A stretch of DNA of 41,757 nt from a virus. The translations under genes and the position numbers were made by a program. The stretch is from positions 1-41,757 of IMG/VR virus record IMGVR_UViG_3300029570_000020, one strand, 5' to 3'. Below, piece after piece: positions 6,233 through 12,365 of this stretch; the stretch's first letter is position 1; every line of letters begins with the position of its first letter. Under the pieces are notes generated by a model that was not told the DNA's origin, ran no database searches, and was given only the letters and a program-made list of their open reading frames with translations.

Positions 6233-6235
6233 CGC

Positions 6236-6373
6236 CTATTTTCTCTGCAAACTGTGTACCAAATCATTATACACATCAGGTCTCACTTCTTTCAGCGCAT
6301 CCATAAACTCATCCAGCACACGCCACACTCGCCCGGTATCGGCCTTTTTTACAATCTCCAAAAATTCACTCAT
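6236..6373 (-). CDS. Small protein (45 aa), paralogous to the C-terminus of the upstream gene product
   Basis: Manual read: MSEFLEIVKKADTGRVWRVLDEFMDALKEVRPDVYNDLVHSLQRK. It overlaps the stop of 6366..6719 by 8 nt. Confidence 0.5.
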   Translation of the reverse strand: MSEFLEIVKKADTGRVWRVLDEFMDALKEVRPDVYNDLVHSLQRK

Positions 6374-6719
6374 CCTGTAAACGCTCCAATTTCCGCATTA
6401 CGCCATTGTATACTTTAGGATTTGCCACATACAGGGCAGACATAAGCTCATCCAGTACGTTCAGCGCCGCTGTTGTGTCTACGTTTGACACAGCCCGTAA
6501 AAAGTCGCTGCTGCCAACAGCAGCCCTTGTAGACGGCTCTGCCGCTTCGTAGTAGCGCACAGGCTCTTGCAGTTCTGCTTTCTGCGGGGGATGGGATGCA
6601 TCTGCAAGCTGCTGATTTTTCACAACATACAATGCCGCCAAATTTTTAACTCTGGTCATGGTGAGTTCGCTGTTTTCGATTTCGGCTATAGCGCCGTCAA
6701 TCTCTCGCACGTCAACCAT
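6366..6719 (-). CDS. Hypothetical cargo protein (117 aa)
   Basis: ORF track. Normal composition. The C-terminal region SDFLRAVSNVDTTAALNVLDELMSALYVANPKVYNGVMRKL is repeated in the next gene. Confidence 0.55.
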   Translation of the reverse strand: MVDVREIDGAIAEIENSELTMTRVKNLAALYVVKNQQLADASHPPQKAELQEPVRYYEAAEPSTRAAVGSSDFLRAVSNVDTTAALNVLDELMSALYVANPKVYNGVMRKLERLQDE

Positions 6720-6736
6720 AGCCCTTACACCTCACT

Positions 6737-7132
6737 TTAACCGTTTCGCATCGTGTCAATGCAGCGCTGGATGACTTCCCTGTCTTTGCTGTCAGCCCCG
6801 CGCATAATATCTTCCATGCGGGAAATCAGTGAATCGCGCCCATCGTCCATGCTGTAGTGCCCGCGCACATAATGCGAACCGCGCCGCGCATAGCTGCTGC
6901 CGCGTCCATAATTGCCGCGCATGTTGGCGCTCCAATCACCATCGCGGCTGTAATCCTCATCGCGGCTGTAACCGTCATCTTCCAGCATGACAATTTTATC
7001 GATGTTTTTGATAGTGTCAGTCAGCTTGTGAACAGTTTCCAAGTCACCGGCAGACATTTCACCCTTCTTTCCGATTTCGTCCAGTTCTGCGCACAGCATG
7101 TCTTTCAAGTCATACAAAACTCTTTTACTCAT
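6737..7132 (-). CDS. Hypothetical cargo protein with a Tyr/Arg/Ser/Gly/Asp-rich low-complexity centre
   Basis: 131 aa. Centre: DDGYSRDEDYSRDGDWSANMRGNYGRGSSYARRGSHYVRGHYSMDDGRD, flanked by helical segments. Confidence 0.55.
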   Translation of the reverse strand: MSKRVLYDLKDMLCAELDEIGKKGEMSAGDLETVHKLTDTIKNIDKIVMLEDDGYSRDEDYSRDGDWSANMRGNYGRGSSYARRGSHYVRGHYSMDDGRDSLISRMEDIMRGADSKDREVIQRCIDTMRNG

Positions 7133-7144
7133 GGTTTACTCCTT

Positions 7145-7567
7145 TCAGCTCACTCTCTCGACCACAAAGTTTGCGTTCGCAAACAAAACGGTTTGTGTGC
7201 TTGTATTTTCGGCGGCAACGGTCAGGCAGCAGCCGCGCGGAACTTCAACAAAAGACGTCACATAGATATTAAAGAAGTTTTCTACTGCTGCCGGTGTCAC
7301 GGTTGCAGTCGCACTGTTCAGCGGTTCACCGTTGATGGCAAGCGCCGCCGTAATAGCTTCTACTGTGCCGCCTGTAGGGATAGCAACGTTTGCACCGAAG
7401 CCCACTTTGAAACGAGCTTTGCACTGGTTCGTAATGCCGCGCAGCGTAACAATACCGGCGCCCTCTCTGTGTACGACACAGCCCTTACCCGCTACTGCCG
7501 TTTCCGTCAGCGGCACGTTCTGGCCTGCTGCCACGCTCACAGTATTGGCGTTTGTAAATTCAGCCAT
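7145..7567 (-). CDS. Hypothetical cargo protein, beta-rich; possible TNF/C1q-like (BclA C-terminal-like) jellyroll
   Basis: 140 aa. Alternating beta-strand pattern. ...LAINGEPLNSATATV...VPRGCCLTVAAENTSTQTVLFANANFVVERVS resembles BclA-CTD-type sequences from memory. Confidence 0.35.
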   Translation of the reverse strand: MAEFTNANTVSVAAGQNVPLTETAVAGKGCVVHREGAGIVTLRGITNQCKARFKVGFGANVAIPTGGTVEAITAALAINGEPLNSATATVTPAAVENFFNIYVTSFVEVPRGCCLTVAAENTSTQTVLFANANFVVERVS

Positions 7568-7582
7568 AAAATCATTCCTTTC

Positions 7583-7617
7583 AAAAAAAGATAGTGGCGG
7601 GACGATTGCCCCGCCAC
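7583..7617 (-). terminator. Rho-independent terminator after 7681..8460
   Basis: On the minus strand, stem GTGGCGGG/CCCGCCAC (7594-7601 / 7610-7617) is followed by TATC and T7. Confidence 0.65.
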
Positions 7618-7680
7618 ATTTTGCACTATCGGCACGGGGCCGAACATGTCAGATGTTCCGACAAGTTGCCGTATTCATTT

Positions 7681-8460
7681 TTAGCATCCGCAGCCGTTGC
7701 AGGCTCCGCAATTCCCATACTGATACGGTGCGGGAACGGGGAAAGCAGGAACAGGGCGGGGGTTGTAGTAAGCGAGCTGCCCGCTCATATAGGCTTTCAG
7801 CGTTTCATTCTGCGCAGCCTGACTTGCGGCAAGCTGTGCGGCAAAAAGCTGCTGGTTCTGCTCGGCAATCTTGGCATCCTTCGCTTCAATGCGCTGTGCG
7901 GTCATCGCGTCAAGAATCGCTCTTGCGTTGGCATTCTGGTTGTCGATGATGTCTCGTGTGCCAGTGTTGATGCTCTGCCGGGTCTCACATGCCTGTGTCG
8001 CAAGATTGTAATTCACGCCCTGAATCGCCTCGCGGGTTTCGCAGCAGCAGTTGGCCTGCTGCATCTGCATGGCATTCAGCTGCTGCATAAATGCCGCCTG
8101 CTGGTTTGCGCGGCTGATTTCAGCTGACATAAAGCCGTTGCTCATGCCCTGCTGTACGCCGTTGATAAGCTGCGCCTGCTGATAAAAGCCATCGCACAAG
8201 CCATTGTTCACGTTGTCAATTTTGCGCTCAATGTTGGCGAAATCAGAGGTCAGCACATAGCCGTCAACCACCCCAGCGCCGTTGCCAGCATTGTTGCCCC
8301 AGCCGTTACCATTGCCCCAGCCGCCAGCAAAAATGAACAGAAACAGCACAATCAGCCACAGAGCGCCGTTATCGCCCCAGCCGAAGCCGCCACCATTAGA
8401 ATTGGCGTTTGCGGGCTGAACCGGCATAGTCATTACAGTTCCATCCGAAGAAAGACTCAT
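7681..8460 (-). CDS. Membrane-anchored Gly/Asn/Trp-rich, Gln-rich, Cys-cluster protein (unknown function)
   Basis: ATG 8460 with AAGGAG SD. Features: GGGFGWGDNGALWLIVLFLFIFAGGWGNGNGWG (TM flanked by Gly-rich runs), NCCCETREAI, ACETRQSI, and the C-terminus GNCGACNGCGC. Confidence 0.6.
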   Translation of the reverse strand: MSLSSDGTVMTMPVQPANANSNGGGFGWGDNGALWLIVLFLFIFAGGWGNGNGWGNNAGNGAGVVDGYVLTSDFANIERKIDNVNNGLCDGFYQQAQLINGVQQGMSNGFMSAEISRANQQAAFMQQLNAMQMQQANCCCETREAIQGVNYNLATQACETRQSINTGTRDIIDNQNANARAILDAMTAQRIEAKDAKIAEQNQQLFAAQLAASQAAQNETLKAYMSGQLAYYNPRPVPAFPVPAPYQYGNCGACNGCGC

Positions 8461-8485
8461 AATTGTTCTCCTTAAAAAAATATTA

Positions 8486-8508
8486 TACAAATCTGCGCAG
8501 ATTTTGTA
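8486..8508. promoter_or_regulatory. Near-perfect 22-23-bp palindrome between divergent genes (candidate operator)
   Basis: TACAAATCTGC|GCAGATTTTGTA. The perfect 16-bp core AAATCTGCGCAGATTT lies at 8489-8504. Confidence 0.45.
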
Positions 8509-8513
8509 TTTTG

Positions 8514-8522
8514 TGGTATAAT
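8514..8522 (+). promoter_or_regulatory. Extended -10 promoter element (TGgTATAAT) for the HNH gene
   Basis: Read directly. AAGGGAG SD and ATG 8561 lie downstream. Confidence 0.45.
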
Positions 8523-8560
8523 AGAAACAGAATAATCCACCACGTAAGGGAGTACAGTTT

Positions 8561-9163
8561 ATGGAAAAATGGTTACCTGTTCCGAATTACGAAGGCTTAT
8601 ATGAAGTAAGCAATTTAGGAAAAATAAAGAGCATAAATTACAATCATACGAAAGTAGAAAAACTTCTTTCCGAAAAGAGCCATAAAAGCGGTTATAAAAC
8701 CGTTGTCCTATGTAAAAACGGAGAAAAGAAAAACAAATCCATTCACATTCTTGTCGCGAGCGCATTTATACCAAACCCGCAGAAGAAGTGTCAAGTAAAT
8801 CATATTGATGGGAATAAATCAAACAACTGCGTTGAAAATTTAGAATGGGTTACTGCGTCAGAAAACATTCGACATAGTTTTGTTTCTCTTGGTAAAAAGT
8901 CTCCAAATAAGGGAAGATTTGGGGAAAGTCACTATGCGTCTGTTCAAATATTCCAGTATTCACTTGATGGAAAATTTGTCCGTGCTTGGGCTTGTATTTC
9001 CGATGCTGCGAGGAAACTCAGTTGCAATCCATCACAAATATTGAACAACGCAAAAGGGAGAACGAAAACGTGTCACGGATTTATGTGGCGTTACGAAAAA
9101 GCCGAAAGAATAGATAATTCTCCAGTGCTAAACAGGAAAACCCACAAGAAAAAAGGATTATAA
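8561..9163 (+). CDS. Free-standing HNH homing endonuclease (NUMOD4 + HNH + C-terminal DNA-binding module)
   Basis: MEKWLPVPNYEGLYEVSNLGKIKS (NUMOD4-like), VNHIDGNKSNNCVENLEWVT (HNH), ISDAARKLSCNPSQILNNAKGRTKTCHGFMWRY. AT-rich and on the opposite strand to its neighbours. Confidence 0.85.
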   Translation: MEKWLPVPNYEGLYEVSNLGKIKSINYNHTKVEKLLSEKSHKSGYKTVVLCKNGEKKNKSIHILVASAFIPNPQKKCQVNHIDGNKSNNCVENLEWVTASENIRHSFVSLGKKSPNKGRFGESHYASVQIFQYSLDGKFVRAWACISDAARKLSCNPSQILNNAKGRTKTCHGFMWRYEKAERIDNSPVLNRKTHKKKGL

Positions 9164-9373
9164 CAGCCCCTGAAACTGCTGCGCCATTGTCTGCAACTGG
9201 TTAAGCTGCTGCTGGCTCATCTTCCCGGACTGCAGTAGTTTCTGCACCTCTTGTTTCGGGTCGCCCTGAAAATTCTGCCGAAACTGCTGAAACTGCTGCA
9301 TCATTTGCTGGAATTGTCCCATCGCGCCCGGCATTTTGCCGCCGCCAAGAGCGTTAAACAGAGGGTTGCTCAT
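9158..9373 (-). CDS. Gln-rich small protein (71 aa)
   Basis: ORF track: GQFQQMMQQFQQFRQNFQGDPKQEVQKLLQSGKMSQQQLNQLQTMAQQFQGLL. Confidence 0.5.
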   Translation of the reverse strand: MSNPLFNALGGGKMPGAMGQFQQMMQQFQQFRQNFQGDPKQEVQKLLQSGKMSQQQLNQLQTMAQQFQGLL

Positions 9374-9824
9374 TGTCTGCCTCCTTTTTCTTGCGCGTCA
9401 AAGGTTTATCCGCCGCCAGCGCGTCAAAGCGGGCTGTCAACGCGTTGAACTCTTGCCGTGTGACATATTCCTCTTTAGGTTTTTGCGTTGTCTGTGCGGG
9501 CTGTTTCTGGCTTGCCGTGCGTTCCGAGTAGTCAAAAACGCGCAATGGCTGCGGCATACCGCTGGCGTCGGTGGACTTAATGTAAAATGTACTGTTTTCG
9601 CTGTCCATCAGCAGTACGCTGTTCCCTGCCGCCACCATATACGCTTTGGCTCCTTCTTCACCCTGCACCCAGATAATAGGCGAGCTTTGCTGTGCCGGTT
9701 GCTGCTGCGGATATGCCGCTTGCCGGAGCTGTGTAAGCTGATCGGGCATGGCCGAAGGCATCTGCTGCCCCATTGGATAATAGTTCGGCATATAGCTGGG
9801 CTGATACGGTACGCCAAACGCCAT
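9354..9824 (-). CDS. Gln/Pro/Tyr-rich N-terminus plus small beta-domain protein (unknown function)
   Basis: ATG 9824; the track starts at TTG 9830. PYQPSYMPNYYPMGQQMP...IIWVQGEEGAKAYMVAAGNSVLLMDSENSTFYIKSTDASGMPQPLRVFDY. Confidence 0.55.
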   Translation of the reverse strand: MAFGVPYQPSYMPNYYPMGQQMPSAMPDQLTQLRQAAYPQQQPAQQSSPIIWVQGEEGAKAYMVAAGNSVLLMDSENSTFYIKSTDASGMPQPLRVFDYSERTASQKQPAQTTQKPKEEYVTRQEFNALTARFDALAADKPLTRKKKEADNEQPSV

Positions 9825-9830
9825 AGTCAA

Positions 9831-10208
9831 TCATCCTTTCTGCCAGTAGTACAGCGGCACTTCATCGCCGCTGTCCCATGTATCCAGCCAATCGCCATTT
9901 TGCACGCACACAACATGCGTAGCCATTGCCAAAATATACGTGCCGTCCGAGTGGTCTTTTGCAAACTGCGCCACTGTGTAACAATCCGGGCAGCTGTTTG
10001 GCAACGTGTAGCGCTTCCACCCACATCGCCGCAGATAACTGCCCCAGACATAGTTTGCAGACGGCATATCATGAAGTTCAAATCCTGCCAACACAAGCGC
10101 CGCATATACAGTCGCCCACTCTTGATGCGTTGCGGCTGCAATGGCTCTGACTGTACAATCTCCAACGCGCTTTTGTTCCGGGTTTAGGTTGATTTGCTTG
10201 TATGCCAT
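9831..10208 (-). CDS. Putative papain-fold cysteine peptidase-like protein
   Basis: ATG 10208 with AAGGAG SD (125 aa). Candidate triad: GDCTVRAIA (Cys), ATHVVCV (His), DTWDS (Asp). Confidence 0.35.
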   Translation of the reverse strand: MAYKQINLNPEQKRVGDCTVRAIAAATHQEWATVYAALVLAGFELHDMPSANYVWGSYLRRCGWKRYTLPNSCPDCYTVAQFAKDHSDGTYILAMATHVVCVQNGDWLDTWDSGDEVPLYYWQKG

Positions 10209-10235
10209 CCGAACCGCTCCTTTTATATAAATTGT

Positions 10236-10290
10236 ACACAAAAAGACGGCACACTGTGGGCCACCGAAGTGCCAACATTGTGCCGTCTTT
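10236..10290 (-). terminator. Long stem-loop with a U-run (second of two tandem terminators)
   Basis: 12-bp stem 10242-10253 / 10279-10290. On the minus strand it is followed by TTTTTGTGT. Confidence 0.5.
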
Positions 10291-10295
10291 GGGAC

Positions 10296-10333
10296 AAAAT
10301 AAAAAAGGCGCGGCCACAAAAGCAGCCGCGCCC
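10296..10333 (-). terminator. Strong rho-independent terminator ending the late operon
   Basis: GC stem GGCGCGGC/GCCGCGCC (10307-10314 / 10325-10332), followed on the minus strand by TTTTTTATTTT. Confidence 0.75.
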
Positions 10334-10339
10334 TTTAAA

Positions 10340-10504
10340 TCAGCCTATTTTGTTTTTGATGCTGTGTACGCGCCGTTTTACCGTGCGCTCGCTACAATTC
10401 AGTTCTGCCGCAATATCAGCATTGCGCCAGCCGCGCCGCCGAAGCTGCAAAACATCCGTTTCTTCATCGGTCAGCAAACCGCCGACAAAATCAAACTTTG
10501 GCAT
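10340..10504 (-). CDS. Small LuxR / sigma-70 region-4-type HTH protein (54 aa)
   Basis: Manual read: MPKFDFVGGLLTDEETDVLQLRRRGWRNADIAAELNCSERTVKRRVHSIKNKIG. Below the track cutoff. Confidence 0.5.
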   Translation of the reverse strand: MPKFDFVGGLLTDEETDVLQLRRRGWRNADIAAELNCSERTVKRRVHSIKNKIG

Positions 10505-10506
10505 GA

Positions 10507-10701
10507 TTACTCATCCTTCTTGTTCTTGCTTTCGGTCTGTGTTCCAAAATAAAAGGCTACGACCATTGTAACAATGGTCATCACTGTGTCCGGCTGCAGG
10601 CCGCCCCGCAGTGCCATTACGGCAAAAACAGCAACGACAACCAGCGTCACAATGGTTTTTACCTTAATAAGCGCTGCCAGATTTTTCAAAAAATCGCCCA
10701 T
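10507..10701 (-). CDS. Holin (two TM segments, charged C-terminus)
   Basis: 64 aa. IVTLVVVAVFAVMAL and VMTIVTMVVAFYFG, then TQTESKNKKDE. It neighbours the lysin gene. Confidence 0.65.
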   Translation of the reverse strand: MGDFLKNLAALIKVKTIVTLVVVAVFAVMALRGGLQPDTVMTIVTMVVAFYFGTQTESKNKKDE

Positions 10702-10717
10702 AGATATGCACCCTCTT

Positions 10718-11071
10718 TCAGCCGATCAGATGCTTCTGCAAATCTTTCTTTGCTTTCTGCATCTGGTCAATGTTGTTTCCATCCAGATTGTGGTCAAGCA
10801 GGGCAAGCAGCGCCTGCATGGTCACGCGCTGCCCCTCGTCCATGCGGTCAAGCCGCTGTTTGTCGTTTCTCAAGAATCCCTCCATGGCGTTCACCCGCTC
10901 TTCAAGCTGTGTAATGCGTTTGTCCTGGTCGGCTTTCGGCTTTTTTATGGCAGTGATGACTTTGCTGATGGCAACGCCACCGGCATACAGTCCGGCAGCA
11001 GCGCCCGCCGCGTAAATCAAAAACGCCCAAGCCTCCGCAAGTGTAAACGAAAATACATGCTGCATCGGCAT
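10718..11071 (-). CDS. Membrane-anchored coiled-coil protein in the lysis cassette
   Basis: ATG 11071 overlaps the lysin stop (TGATG). N-terminal TM AWAFLIYAAGAAAGLYAGGVAI, then a heptad-like helical region. Confidence 0.4.
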   Translation of the reverse strand: MPMQHVFSFTLAEAWAFLIYAAGAAAGLYAGGVAISKVITAIKKPKADQDKRITQLEERVNAMEGFLRNDKQRLDRMDEGQRVTMQALLALLDHNLDGNNIDQMQKAKKDLQKHLIG

Positions 11072-11742
11072 CACACCTCCGCCCATTCAGATTTATACAG
11101 CCCGGCATCGGTCAGGCCGCGGCTCTGGCACACGGCAAAGACGGCGTCTGCATCGCCCTGCGAGACCGGCCCTACCGTGATGACCTGCAGCTTGCCGGTG
11201 CCGTTCCGGGCCGTCTGAGCGCCGCTGGCGGCCTGCTCGGGCAGCTGTACAGCGTGCTCGCCGGGGCGGTATGTAAACACCTGCCCGCTCGCCGTGGTAA
11301 AATCGCTGTCCATCCACACAAGCGGGTTGGTGCGCTTGCCGTTCAGAATCACTTCAAAGTGCAAATGCGCGCCAAACACATTCCCGGTCACGCCGCTGAA
11401 GCCGATGAGCTCGCCCTCCTTCACCTGCTGGCCGTACTTGACGCAATAGCCGCTCAGGTGCCCGTACCGCGTCTGCAGCACACCGCCCTTGTAGGGCGCG
11501 TGCCTGATGCGCACCATGTCGCCATAGCTCTGCATACCCGTCCGGGTGTGGCCGTCCCAGTCCTGCACCTGATCCACGGTGCCGTCCTCGGCAGCGTATA
11601 CCGGCTGCGTGCTGGTATTGCCGATCTGGGTGCGCAGGTCGATGGCCTGATGCAAGCTGCCATCGTTGTAGTACCACCCCTGCGTGATGATGTGCTGGGC
11701 CAGAGGCCAGCGCAGCAGTACCTCACCGTTTGAAAGTCTCAT
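11071..11742 (-). CDS. M23 (LytM-type) peptidase, probable endolysin, with a possible SPOR-like C-terminal domain
   Basis: HQAIDL (HxxxD) and GAHLHFEV (HxH) motifs. The C-terminus KLQVITVGPVSQGDADAVFAVCQSRGL resembles the SPOR pattern. Confidence 0.75.
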   Translation of the reverse strand: MRLSNGEVLLRWPLAQHIITQGWYYNDGSLHQAIDLRTQIGNTSTQPVYAAEDGTVDQVQDWDGHTRTGMQSYGDMVRIRHAPYKGGVLQTRYGHLSGYCVKYGQQVKEGELIGFSGVTGNVFGAHLHFEVILNGKRTNPLVWMDSDFTTASGQVFTYRPGEHAVQLPEQAASGAQTARNGTGKLQVITVGPVSQGDADAVFAVCQSRGLTDAGLYKSEWAEV

Positions 11743-11873
11743 TGTATCACCTCATCATTGTCCATCACAAGCGCTTCATACTCATCCAGCAGATCCCGCG
11801 CGGCCGGTATGGCCTCGCGGTAGTCCCACAGCACAAGCATCACCCGCGCCAGCAGATCGGCCTCCTCGCTCAT
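11739..11873 (-). CDS. Hypothetical small acidic protein (44 aa)
   Basis: Internal Met of track ORF 11739..12089. ATGA overlap with the upstream stop. MSEEADLLARVMLVLWDYREAIPAARDLLDEYEALVMDNDEVIQ. Confidence 0.4.
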   Translation of the reverse strand: MSEEADLLARVMLVLWDYREAIPAARDLLDEYEALVMDNDEVIQ

Positions 11874-12301
11874 TCTTCCACCGGCGGCGTGGGCCACTGC
11901 ACCGCGTAGGGGAAGCCCGCCTGCTCGGGCACATCCCGCAGGGCCTGCCGGTAGGCCTTCCAGTCGGCCTTCACCGTCTTGGCATCGCCCAGCACAGTCC
12001 AGTCCGTGGCGGCGATCAGCTTGTCCCGCTCTGCACGCACAGCAGCTGCAGCGGCATCGTAGTCGTGCTGCCTGACCAGCGCGGCCCACGCATCCGGGTT
12101 GGTGCTGATGCCGCCGGCGGGCAGCGCTGTGACCATCTCATAGGTCGTATACTGCCAGCCGTGCCGGGGCGTGTCCATAGCGGACACAGCGTCGTGGGTG
12201 ACTTCCTGCTCATCCTCATAGAGCCGGATGAGCGTTGCTCCACCGGGCAGCGGCTCACACTCAAAGCGATCGCGCCGCTCTGCGCACTCAGTTTTTACCA
12301 T
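11870..12301 (-). CDS. Tail-fibre assembly chaperone-like protein
   Basis: The C-terminus RDKLIAATDWTVLGDAKTVKADWKAYRQALRDVPEQAGFPYAVQWPTPP fits the phage tail assembly chaperone pattern. It lies directly downstream of the fibre genes. Confidence 0.5.
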   Translation of the reverse strand: MVKTECAERRDRFECEPLPGGATLIRLYEDEQEVTHDAVSAMDTPRHGWQYTTYEMVTALPAGGISTNPDAWAALVRQHDYDAAAAAVRAERDKLIAATDWTVLGDAKTVKADWKAYRQALRDVPEQAGFPYAVQWPTPPVEE

Positions 12302-12365
12302 GTGTAATCACTCTCCTTATATTTTTGTATCTTGTCAATATCGGTCAGTTTTGTGGGGCCCCCGC

